NCBI GenBank assembly: GCA_963791045.1
Contig: CAWBQK010000017.1
Coordinates: 64,001 to 128,000 of the forward strand
Direction: 5' to 3'
Length of the DNA: 64,000 nt
From: Candidatus Latescibacterota bacterium
GTDB lineage: Bacteria > Krumholzibacteriota > Krumholzibacteriia > WVZY01
Numbering within the stretch: the stretch's first letter is position 1; every line of letters starts with the position of its first letter. The position numbers were made by a program, and so were the translations under genes. Below are positions 19,217 through 28,401 of the stretch, piece after piece. The notes beneath the pieces were generated by a model, which saw nothing but the letters and a program-made list of their open reading frames with translations, did not search any database and was not told the DNA's origin.

Positions 19217-21102
19217 CTACTGCATCGCGTAGACCGGGGTCGCCACGAGCGGGAAGTCGTTTTTCTGCGCGTCGGTCCACTTGTGGGCCGTCAAGTCGGT
19301 ATGGAACAGGTTGTTCGATCCGAACTTGAGACTGTAGGCCTCGTAGCCCAGCATGTTCAGGTACGCGGTGATCTGCGACGAATGCTGACCGGTCCAGCAG
19401 TAGACCACGATCGGCATGTCGGTCGGCAGGTTGGCGAGCATCTCACCCATGCCGAGACTCGCGTACGGGGTGAACTGGAAGGCGCCGGGGATGTGCCCGG
19501 GAACGCCGCTCGTGCCCGTGCCCAAGTAGTCGGCCTCACCGAAGTAGTTAATGACGAAGTAGTCATTCAGGTTGTCCTGGATGTCCGTGTACGAAATTCC
19601 CTTGAAGCCCGCGGCCAGCATGGCGTCGACGCGATCCTCCACGACCGTCGCCCGTTTTCGCCGGCGAGCGTCGGATACTGATGCCAGGCCAGGTTGCCGT
19701 TCTGGTTGGCCGTCTCGGCCACGTGAGATTGTCAGCCACGTTGTTAGTCCCAGGAACCAGCGAGGGTTGAGTTCCACGCGGACATGCCGAAGTTGAGCGA
19801 CTTGACATCTTCGTAGCCCATGAGCTCCAGGGCGATCTTGGCGTGGCCGGCAGCACTGGCCGGAGTAGCAGGCGATGACGATAGGCATGTCGTCGGGGAT
19901 CGTGCCGGTGCCGAGATCGTTAACGATCGTTGTAAGGGTGGAGTGATAGGCGCCGGCGATGTGGCCGGCGTCGTAGTCTGCGATTGCGCGAATGTCGATG
20001 ACCGTATAGTTGGCCAGGTTGTCGTGCAGGGCCGTGGCGGAGAGTACGCCGGGGCAGTCGGCCGTGTCGTTGATGTACGCAGCGCCTGCTGCGGCCATCG
20101 CTTCAAAAGCGGTGGTGCCACGGGGACCGGTTTCGAGCTCGAAGTCGTGCTGCGCATCGTCGGTCCACTTGTGGGCCGTCAGATCGGCATGGAACAGGTT
20201 GTTCGAACCAAACGAGAGGCTGTAGGCCTCGTAGCCGAGCATGTTCAGGTAGGCGGTGACCTGCGACGAGTGCTGGCCCGTCCAGCAGTAGACGATGACG
20301 GGCATGTCCGTCGGAATGTTCTTGAGCATCTGGTCATCGGCCAGGCTTGCGTAAGGCGTGAACTGGAAGCGCCGGGGATGTGACCCGGAACGCCGCTTCC
20401 GCCCGTGCCTTCGTAGTCGGCCTGGCCGAAGTAGTTGATGATGAAGTACTCAGACGAGGTTGTCTTTGATGGAATCGTAGGATTTGCCTTTGAAACCGGC
20501 GGCGAGCATCGCCGAAACCTGGGTGGCAACGATTGTGTTCGCGTCACCGGAAAGGGTCGGAAAGGCGTGATCCGTGAGATCACCGTTGTTGTTGGTGGTC
20601 TCGACGACAAGTAGTTTGTCATCGACATTGTTGTCCCAAGAGCCCGACAGTGATGAATTCCAAGAAGACATACCGAAGAGAAGCGAATACGTATCCTCGT
20701 AACCCATGAGTTCAAGGGCGATCTTTGCGTGACCGGCCGACTGTCCCGAGTAGCACGCGATGACGAACGGTTTGTTCGTCGGGATGGTCGTTCCGACATC
20801 CGTCAAAAGGGTCGCCAGTGTCGAATGATACGCGCCTGCAATATGTCCGTCCAGGTAGGCGCCTTCGGCGCGAATATCGATGACGGTGTAATCTTCGAGA
20901 TGGTCAAAGACGTCCTGCGCGTTGACCACGCCGGGACAGTCCGCGCTGTCATTAATGTAGGCCGAGCCGGCGTCGACCATTACTTCAAACGCCGTTCCCG
21001 TGGTGGGTGGTGTGGTCGTGCCGTTATCATCGTCATCCGAACAGCCGATAAAGGCCACCATCGCGATGGCCAACATGGCCACCAACATCCAGTGTTTCTC
21101 AT
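19217..21102 (-). CDS. Four-domain rhodanese (sulfurtransferase) lipoprotein, split by several frameshifts
   Basis: Reconstructed from ORFs 20450-21088, 20245-20799, 19744-20157, 19563-19856 and 19217-20329. Lipobox FIG-CSDDDD; active-site loops CYSGQS, CWTGQH, CYSGQ and CWTGQH; GHIAGA/GHIPGA motifs; ATG at 21102 after a GAAGGAG RBS. Confidence 0.85.
19240..21000 (-). repeat. Internal tandem duplication (about 0.89 kb unit) within the rhodanese gene
   Basis: For example 19273-19440 and 20161-20330 are visibly near-identical at DNA level. Both halves encode TAFExM..AGxAYINDxADCPGV...CYSGQ...CWTGQHSSQ...LTAHKWTD. Confidence 0.85.
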
Positions 21103-21212
21103 TCTATCTGCTCCTTCGCTATGGGCCGTTTGGCCCGGTTGTGGGGCGGTGAGCATCGCCCTCGTGACTTCTGAGGCCCGGCGGCGATCTTCGCCGCCGG
21201 GCATTCAAAGAA

Positions 21213-22614
21213 CTATCTTGCTGCGGGGAAATCCTCCTCGATTACCACACCGATGTTGGCATCATAATCCGGCAGTTTGGTCATTCCGTCCTCTTCATAG
21301 AGATCGGACTCTCTGAGGAGGAAGCCGTCCGGACCACTCTGGCGTGTAGTGGCACGCGTCAAAACACGCGGCGTCTCCGACAGTGGTCTGCGGTGTCCAA
21401 CGGAGGATGTTGTGCGGGGAGGCATAAAGCCAGGTCGGTTTGTCGAGGTAACCCGGCAGTGACAGTCCCCAACCGGAGTATGTATCCGGGTCGATCGGCA
21501 CGTGGCGTACGATCGAATAGTCATACTCGGCACGGTAGGGGCTGGCATTTTTCCCGATCTTCAACTGCACGACACTCGGATCGATTTCATAATCGGGCGT
21601 GTCGAAACCGTGACAGTTTGTGCAATTCTTGTAAGGCTGCGAATGACAGACTTGACACTGGAGCTTGGGACCGGAGCCGGTCACGTGGGCCTGATGGTAC
21701 GTGTTCCCCCCGGTTGTTCCGTGGCAGTCCTCGCAACGGGGCATCGTTTTGACCTCGTAGCGGTGGTTGTAATGATCGCCATCGGAGAGACCATCGCCGT
21801 GGATCTCCTCTTTGGTGTGACAGAACTCGCATTTGTAGCCGCGGGAGCGGTGAACGTCAGGCTGGTTGCCTTCGATTTCACCCTTGTAGTCCGTGCCGAT
21901 GCGGCTGCCGTGGCATGCCGTGCATTGTTCGTTCATGTCGGGTGATTGCGGAAACGGTGCGAGTAGTAGGACCCAATCTTCGGGAATCCGCCGCCCACGC
22001 TGTTCGGCCGGCTGATGTGGCACTGTCCACATGTCGTGTGACAGCCGCCGCATCTGCCGTTGTACTGTTCTTCAATTCCCGATCCATCGAAGGCCATACG
22101 CGCGCGAATTTCGATGGCGTTTTTTTAGCCCCACAGGTTCGAATGAAGACTGTTGGCGGTTGCTCGGGCTTCCCTGGTAGGCTGACAGGCCATCTCGCAT
22201 GCACCGAAGGCGCTCGGGTCAGGGACCATGTCGACATGCGCCTCTTCCATCGTGGTGAAGGTGCTGTCGGCCTGGCCGTTGTGACAGCTCTGACATGGCC
22301 CTCTTCCCGTGAACGCTGCTGAGGAAGATGTCACCGTTGTTTCCGGTGATGATGACTTTTTCCCAAGCTTCCAGCTCGGGTACGTCGCCGCCTCAGCCAT
22401 CGTCCATGGCGACAAGCCTGATCGGGGGCATCGATGAACTCCCAAGTGACGCCTTCAAGCTAGACTCACTCGAGTGACACCCCAAACAGGTCGCCGTGGA
22501 GGCGATCGGTGGATCAACCGGCGGGTTGGTCACCGAATCATCGTCGTCTGAGCATCCCCAGAACGCGATCGCCAAAAGAAGAGATAATGCGCTGAGAGCA
22601 AAAAGCTTCTTCAT
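21213..22614 (-). CDS. Multiheme (about 10-11 heme) c-type cytochrome lipoprotein, probable selenoprotein; additional indels present
   Basis: Lipobox FWG-CSDDDD. Heme motifs CLGCH, CQSCH, CGGCH, CGQCH, CTACH, CEFCH, CEDCH, CQVCH, CTNCH and CFDACH, plus a possibly damaged CEMAC(Q). The in-frame TGA at 22395-22393 is followed by coherent coding (GGDVPELEAWEKV). Reconstructed from ORFs 22393-22614, 22125-22445, 21295-22053 and 21213-21548. Confidence 0.85.
22362..22395 (-). promoter_or_regulatory. UGA codon plus candidate bacterial SECIS hairpin
   Basis: mRNA reads UGA-GGCGGCGACGUA-CCCGAGCU-GGA-AGCUUGGG: an 8-bp stem (one G-U pair) starting 12 nt after UGA, with a G-initiated apical loop. Confidence 0.7.
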
Positions 22615-23258
22615 GCACTCCTCCCTGGTTGCTGCCGACCGTTTCCGGGTGTCAGGTCAAGTCTGAGACCCTTCGCGAAGATCGGCACGTTGTTACAAAT
22701 CACATCGCCTGGATTAAACTCAAAATCTGAAATCTTACTCCATGTATCTACGGATAAGGCGCAGTCCATGACCATCCCAATAAAACAACGGCTGGTGATA
22801 AAAGGGTCGACTTCGATTACCTCTTGGGTCTCGATACGTCGTTCGAGTTCCCGTTGGAGATATGTGATGTAGGGAAGGCGGACTTCCCTGAAAAGAACAG
22901 CCGCGACTGGCCCACTTTCCAAAGAATTCACGTGCATGAGCCGCAATAGCTCCGGGTCGGTTTCGATGAAACCGAGAATGTGTTCGGCAACCGTCGTAAG
23001 AACATCTTCTAATTCGCCGCAGTCGCTGCATTTCTCAAGAAAGTCCGCGATGTCGTGCTGATCGGCCTTCCGGTGGATGACGGCCTCGTACAATGTGATC
23101 TTGCTGGGGAAGTGTCTGTAGATGGCCGCTTCGGTGATAGCGCACGCCTTCGCGATCGAACGGAGCGATGTTCCCGTGTACCCACTCTGGGCAAAGAGAC
23201 GCGTGGATTCGTGAAGAATCTGTTCGCGACGGTTTTTCGGTTTAGAAGCTGTGGCCAC
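22611..23258 (-). CDS. TetR/AcrR family transcriptional regulator
   Basis: FAQSGYTGTSLRSIAKACAITEAAIYRHFPSK HTH. Its stop overlaps the cytochrome ATG (ATGA). Confidence 0.93.
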   Translation of the reverse strand: MATASKPKNRREQILHESTRLFAQSGYTGTSLRSIAKACAITEAAIYRHFPSKITLYEAVIHRKADQHDIADFLEKCSDCGELEDVLTTVAEHILGFIETDPELLRLMHVNSLESGPVAAVLFREVRLPYITYLQRELERRIETQEVIEVDPFITSRCFIGMVMDCALSVDTWSKISDFEFNPGDVICNNVPIFAKGLRLDLTPGNGRQQPGRSA

Positions 23259-23277
23259 GTTGCACGTCCGAAAAAAA

Positions 23278-23297
23278 GTTAGTAAGCGATAACAAAC
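23278..23297. promoter_or_regulatory. Possible TetR operator
   Basis: Imperfect palindrome GTTAGTAAGC/GATAACAAAC (7 of 10 pairs) 20 nt upstream of tetR. Confidence 0.3.
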
Positions 23298-23418
23298 ATA
23301 CGCAAGATATCAGCTTGTGAAACATGGCGCAAGCACTTTATTCTATTGCTATTAAATCATTTATGGATTAGGATTGCCTATTAGTTCAGCTGTCTGTCAA
23401 GACAACTCAACCGGATCT

Positions 23419-23446
23419 TTGCCAGCGGGCGAAGGCACTGTATAAT
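23419..23446 (+). promoter_or_regulatory. Sigma70 promoter
   Basis: TTGCCA-16 nt-TATAAT upstream of the dehydrogenase gene. Confidence 0.6.
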
Positions 23447-23513
23447 GTGGTTCATTTTTGTGGGTGGTTGTGATGGTTGTTCGGAACTTGTATTGAACCA
23501 AAAGAGGTCTGAT

Positions 23514-24557
23514 TTGAGAGCGGTGCTATACGAGGATTTTGGAAAGCCGTTGAGAGTCGAAACGGTCGATGACCCCACGTCGGGCGAAGGCGACGTGATC
23601 GTCAAAGTAGAAGCGAGCGGCATATGCCGGAGCGATTGGCATGGCTGGCTCGGACATGATCCCGATATAGTAGAATTGCCTCATGTTCCGGGTCACGAAC
23701 TTGCCGGAACCGTTGAGGCGGTTGGCGCCGGCGTTGAACGATTTGCTCCGGGGGACCGCGTGACGGTGCCTTTCGTATCCGGATGCGGCGCCTGCCCGGA
23801 GTGCAAAACTGGAAATCATCAAGTATGTGATTACCAGTATCAACCTGGATTCACGGGGTGGGGTTCCTTCGCGGAATTTGTGTCGATCAAATATGCAGAC
23901 ACAAATCTTGTTCGACTGCCGGAAGAGATTGATTTTGTGACGGCGGCAAGTCTCGGATGCAGGTTCGGAACATCATATCGCGCTGTGACGGCGCAGGGCC
24001 GCGTTACCGAGGGGGATTGGGTCGCCGTTCACGGTTGTGGTGGTGTAGGGCTCTCCGCTGTAATGATCGCGAATGCGCTTGGCGCTCGTGTTATCGGTGT
24101 CGACATTGACAAGGGAGTTCTCGATCTCGCAAAGGCGCTTGGCGCCGATGAGACTATCGACGCATCGTCGGGTATCGATATCCCGGGCGCGATCCGCGAG
24201 CTAACGGGGCGTGGGGCCGATGTCTCCATCGATGCACTCGGCAGCTCGGTGACATGCGCGAATTCGATCCGGTGTCTGAGAAAGCGAGGACGTCATATTC
24301 AGGTTGGATTGCTCGCGGGGGAGGATTATCATCCGAGTCTGCCTATGGAATGGGTGATTGCCTGGGAACTCGAAATCGTCGGCAGCCACGGGATCCAGGC
24401 GGCAAAATACGAGACTATGTTTGAAATGATAGTTTCGGGCCTTGTCGACCCGCGCCGGTTGATAGGCGGAACCGTGTCTTTGGATGACGCGCCCAAAATA
24501 ATCGAGAATATGGGAAACTTCGGATCGGTTGGAATTATGGTAATCGATCGGTTTTGA
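23514..24557 (+). CDS. Zinc-dependent alcohol dehydrogenase (MDR family)
   Basis: [21 protein letters not shown]...C and HGCGGVG. TTG start at 23514 after a GAGG RBS. Confidence 0.93.
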   Translation: MRAVLYEDFGKPLRVETVDDPTSGEGDVIVKVEASGICRSDWHGWLGHDPDIVELPHVPGHELAGTVEAVGAGVERFAPGDRVTVPFVSGCGACPECKTGNHQVCDYQYQPGFTGWGSFAEFVSIKYADTNLVRLPEEIDFVTAASLGCRFGTSYRAVTAQGRVTEGDWVAVHGCGGVGLSAVMIANALGARVIGVDIDKGVLDLAKALGADETIDASSGIDIPGAIRELTGRGADVSIDALGSSVTCANSIRCLRKRGRHIQVGLLAGEDYHPSLPMEWVIAWELEIVGSHGIQAAKYETMFEMIVSGLVDPRRLIGGTVSLDDAPKIIENMGNFGSVGIMVIDRF

Positions 24558-24592
24558 ACTGACAACCATCGGAATAGCACCGGGAGTGCACA

Positions 24593-26773
24593 ATGATGAG
24601 TCAATCGAGTTCGATACAAGAATTGAAGACACCCGACTTTGCCGGCGTTGTTGCGCAAGAGTTGGGGCTCCGGAAACAATCGGTCGAAGCGGTGATCGCG
24701 CTTTTAGACGACGGCTGTACTGTCCCGTTCATCGCGCGTTACCGCAAGGAAGCCACCGGGGGCGTCGAGGATGTGGCGGTTTCCGGAATATCCGAACGTG
24801 TCGAGTTCCACAGGGACTTTTTCGACCGGAAAAAAGTTATTTTTGAAAGCATCCGCGACCAGGGAAAGTTGACGCCCGAGCTTCGGGATGCGATCGAGGC
24901 GGCCACGACGCGCACGGTACTCGAGGATCTCTATTTGCCGTATCGCCCGAAAAGAAGAACCCGGGCGACGATCGCGAAAGAAAGAGGACTTGAACCTCTT
25001 GCCGACCGCATGTGGGAACAGGAGGATACCAGGGGTTCCCCGGATGAGTTCGCCGCCGCGTTCGTCGATGCGGAGAAAGAAGTTGAGTCGTTGGATGATG
25101 CGCTCCAGGGAGCCCGTGATATCGTCGCTGAACGTATCGTCGAGACTGCGCAGTGGCGATCCGAGATCCGCGAGTTGACATGGAAGAAAGGTTTCTTTTA
25201 CGCCCAGGCGGCGCGGGGAAAAGCGGAGGAGAACAGCAAGTTCACCGACTACTATGATTTCAGCGAACCTGTGTCGAAGATACCGACGCATCGAGTTCTC
25301 GCGATCCTTCGCGGAGAAAAGGAAGGGTTCATCTCACAAAATATCATGCCCGATCCTGAGAGCGCGAAGGCGGTTCTCTGCCGTTATTCGGTGCGAAACG
25401 AGAATTCGATTTGGGCGAATCAGGTGAGAGTAGCGGCGGAGGATGCTTATGACAGGCTTTTGTGTCACCAGATCGCGACGGATATCCGCGGAGAATTGAA
25501 ATCGCAGGCGGACCTTGAGGCGATTGATGTGTTTGCTTCGAACTTGCGCGATTTATTGATGGCTCCACCGTTCGGGACGCGACCCGTCATGGCGATAGAT
25601 CCCGGTTTCCGTACGGGATGTAAAGTAGTCGTTCTCAATTCTACGGGACGTCTGCTCGAACAAGGCGTCGTATATCCCACTATCCCCAGGGAAGACATCA
25701 AGGGCACGAAGAAAGCATTTGATGGATGGTTCGGAAAGTATCCCGATATTGCCGCCGTCGCCGTAGGGAATGGGACGGGTGGAAGGGAAACGTTTGCCGT
25801 GGTCCGTGATTATTTGAAAAATCACGAGAGCGACGCGAAGGTCGTTCTCGTCAATGAGTCCGGAGCGTCCGTGTACTCGGCGTCGGAGGTGGCGCGCGAG
25901 GAACTTCCGGATTATGACGTGACCGTACGCGGAGCAGTGTCGATCGGACGGCGGCTACAGGACCCGTTGGCCGAGCTGGTCAAGATCGATCCGAAATCGA
26001 TAGGGGTCGGTCAGTACCAGCATGATGTCGATCAAAAACTACTCAAACAGAAGCTCGAAGACGTTGTCACGAGTTGCGTCAACCAGGTCGGGGTCGATCT
26101 CAATACGGCATCGGTTTCGCTGTTGGGTTTTGTTTCCGGATTGAGCGGGCGTCTCGCGAAGGAGATCGTTGCGCGCCGGGACCAGGATGGTGCCTTTGTA
26201 TCACGAGAACACCTCAAGAGTGTGCCGGGGCTGGGCAAGAAAACGTTCGAGCAGGCCGCTGGGTTTCTGCGCATCAAGGGGGGCAACCCACTGGACGACT
26301 CGGCCGTCCACCCGGAACGGTATACGCTCGTGGAAAAGATTGCGGGCGACGCCGGCTGCCGCGTAACGGATCTGGTCGGCAATGTCGAAGCTGTTCGCTC
26401 CGTTGATATCGGTCGATACGTCGACGAATCGGTGGGCGAGTATACGCTCAATGATATCCTGGCCGAGCTTGAAAAGCCGGGAAGAGACCCCCGCGAAGAT
26501 TTTGAGATCGTCGAGTTTCGGGAGGATATCCAGGATATCGGGGCACTGAGCGAGGGCATGAAACTCAACGGTGTTGTCACGAATGTGACGCACTTCGGAG
26601 CGTTCGTGGACATCGGCGTTCACCAGGACGGGCTCGTCCATGTGAGTCAAATAGCCGATCGTTTTGTGCGCGATCCGGCCGACGAGTTGAAGGTGGGACA
26701 AAAGGTAAGGGTGAAGGTGCTTGAGGTTGATGTCGAAAGGCGCAGGATCAGTCTGTCGATAAAAGACGCGTGA
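24593..26773 (+). CDS. tex: Tex family RNA-binding transcriptional accessory protein
   Basis: TVPFIARYRKEATG, DPGFRTGCK, ESGASVYSAS, DPKSIGVGQYQHDV and a C-terminal S1 domain. Confidence 0.96.
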   Translation: MMSQSSSIQELKTPDFAGVVAQELGLRKQSVEAVIALLDDGCTVPFIARYRKEATGGVEDVAVSGISERVEFHRDFFDRKKVIFESIRDQGKLTPELRDAIEAATTRTVLEDLYLPYRPKRRTRATIAKERGLEPLADRMWEQEDTRGSPDEFAAAFVDAEKEVESLDDALQGARDIVAERIVETAQWRSEIRELTWKKGFFYAQAARGKAEENSKFTDYYDFSEPVSKIPTHRVLAILRGEKEGFISQNIMPDPESAKAVLCRYSVRNENSIWANQVRVAAEDAYDRLLCHQIATDIRGELKSQADLEAIDVFASNLRDLLMAPPFGTRPVMAIDPGFRTGCKVVVLNSTGRLLEQGVVYPTIPREDIKGTKKAFDGWFGKYPDIAAVAVGNGTGGRETFAVVRDYLKNHESDAKVVLVNESGASVYSASEVAREELPDYDVTVRGAVSIGRRLQDPLAELVKIDPKSIGVGQYQHDVDQKLLKQKLEDVVTSCVNQVGVDLNTASVSLLGFVSGLSGRLAKEIVARRDQDGAFVSREHLKSVPGLGKKTFEQAAGFLRIKGGNPLDDSAVHPERYTLVEKIAGDAGCRVTDLVGNVEAVRSVDIGRYVDESVGEYTLNDILAELEKPGRDPREDFEIVEFREDIQDIGALSEGMKLNGVVTNVTHFGAFVDIGVHQDGLVHVSQIADRFVRDPADELKVGQKVRVKVLEVDVERRRISLSIKDA

Positions 26774-26790
26774 GAGTTGCTAAAAGCAAT

Positions 26791-26824
26791 AAAAAAGGCG
26801 GCGTGTATACACGCCGCCTTTTTT
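26791..26824. terminator. Bidirectional terminator (perfect 34-bp palindrome)
   Basis: AAAAAAGGCGGCGTGTA/TACACGCCGCCTTTTTT between convergent genes. Confidence 0.9.
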
Positions 26825-26843
26825 CGTTGCCTCGATCGAATTA

Positions 26844-27317
26844 TTAGTCGACGAGGGGAATCTGAGCGGCGAGGTCGTAATCGATGACCGCGCGGATCTT
26901 ATTTTCGAGCTGGTAATAACGGGCGGCCTTCTTCGCCGTGATGACTTTGGCGAACTTCGAGAAGTACTTATCCTGGAGCTTCAAGCGTTCGCCGCGGTTG
27001 GCCAAAGACTTTTTGGTGAGTTTCTCGGCGATCTCATCCGTCATGCTGTCCATATTCCAATTGGTGGCATATTCTTCGATGAGTTTGATGTCCGAGTCAT
27101 TGATGACCTTGAGGGCGCCCTGATACTCTTCATAGATCGGCCAGAAAGCTGTGGCTTCGCTCTCGGTCAGGGGCATGTTTTCGGCTATCAGGACCTTTTT
27201 CTGTGCGCGGAGCGCGTCACGGACGATATCCATGTTGTCGGCCGGCGTATCCTGTGCGATCGCGGGAACGGCGACGAGACAAATCATGATTACCGCGAGA
27301 ATTCGAAGTGTTGTCAT
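26844..27317 (-). CDS. Exported alpha-helical protein (Spy/CpxP-like architecture)
   Basis: Signal peptide; LTESEATAFWPIYEEY...KAARYYQLENKI pattern. Confidence 0.65.
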   Translation of the reverse strand: MTTLRILAVIMICLVAVPAIAQDTPADNMDIVRDALRAQKKVLIAENMPLTESEATAFWPIYEEYQGALKVINDSDIKLIEEYATNWNMDSMTDEIAEKLTKKSLANRGERLKLQDKYFSKFAKVITAKKAARYYQLENKIRAVIDYDLAAQIPLVD

Positions 27318-27770
27318 TACGAAACTCTCCAAGGGTTTGGGTTAAAAAGACCCCATCGACCGATTGTCCGGTCCATGCCTCTATGCGCTTAAAAGTGATG
27401 ATTCACAGTGGATGCTGCGCGAAACCGCTTTGGGTTCATTTAGGCGGCAGTTCGGGGCTTTTCAATAGCTATTGGCGACAAGTTACATCGTTCAGAGCTT
27501 CAATGCAACCACTATTTAAGCGAAATCGCCACATAGGGTTCCGTCCACGGCAATGCGGGGGAAAAAACGGGCAAACCACGTCTTATCCTTTAGTTCTTTC
27601 TCTTTGAGGGCGAGAAGTTGCTTGATTCTGTCCAGTTCGTCGAGATTCTACTATGTGCAAAGTAGAGGGTAAAAAAAAGATCGAGGGGATATTGCGATTA
27701 TGACTGAAATCCTTTATGTTTCTGCCAGTAAACAAATTACCATCTCTGGAACAAACGGAGGTATCTCACC

Positions 27771-28376
27771 ATGCGAGTGATCGCATGTTTGATGGGGTTT
27801 CTTATTGTCGTGGCTGCGGGGTGCTCGCGGCGGGACGATGTTAAGCGAATCATGGAATCGCCGATCACATACCAATCGCACGTGTCGCCGTGGGCGGATT
27901 TCGACAGCTATAAAACATGGGACTTTGTTCCTGCTCCCAGGACCAAGCCCGAAATGACCCGAACCGAAGACCCGGCGGTTGACGCGGTAATCAAAGAAGG
28001 GATCGCCAAGCAGCTCAACCTGAGGGGTTACAAACAAACAACGAGCGTTCCCGATTTCGTGGTGAACTACCATGTCGTCGTCGAAACAATCGATAAGGAC
28101 TACATAAAGAAGATGTACGACGGCAAGTATTACCCGGAGTACAGGATGGATTTCTCCGGTCCGAGGAGCGCCCGCAACAGGTGGGAGGAAGGCTCGCTCA
28201 TCGTTTTTGTTTTTGAGACCGTGTCGAGAAAGATCGTCTGGCGTGGAACGGCTCTGGCCGAGGTTGCCGATGACGCGCCTATTGAAATGCGGGAAACTCG
28301 GATTAACGAAGCGCTGAAATGGATGTTTACGAGTCTGCCGGGAAAACCAAGATGGGAAGACAAGATCATTCGTTGA
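27771..28376 (+). CDS. DUF4136-like lipoprotein
   Basis: Lipobox AAG-C; ADFDSYKTW, PDFVVNY, EEGSLIV and IVWRG motifs. Confidence 0.75.
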   Translation: MRVIACLMGFLIVVAAGCSRRDDVKRIMESPITYQSHVSPWADFDSYKTWDFVPAPRTKPEMTRTEDPAVDAVIKEGIAKQLNLRGYKQTTSVPDFVVNYHVVVETIDKDYIKKMYDGKYYPEYRMDFSGPRSARNRWEEGSLIVFVFETVSRKIVWRGTALAEVADDAPIEMRETRINEALKWMFTSLPGKPRWEDKIIR

Positions 28377-28401
28377 TATCGGAGGAAGGGTTCGGTTCGA
28401 T

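Noticed and set aside
20450-20452. TGA inside the rhodanese gene as a possible Sec codon
   Set aside because: The duplicated unit shows the correct reading (DNLxxYFxINY) needs a 1-nt shift, and the position is not a Cys site.
26791-26824. Perfect 34-bp palindrome as a mobile-element end or REP/CRISPR repeat
   Set aside because: It is single copy, sits between convergent genes, and has A/T tails, which fits a bidirectional terminator.
27333-27770. Long intergenic region as a possible ncRNA or riboswitch
   Set aside because: No recognisable motif or strong structure by eye, and it is consistent with divergent promoters. An Rfam search would be needed.
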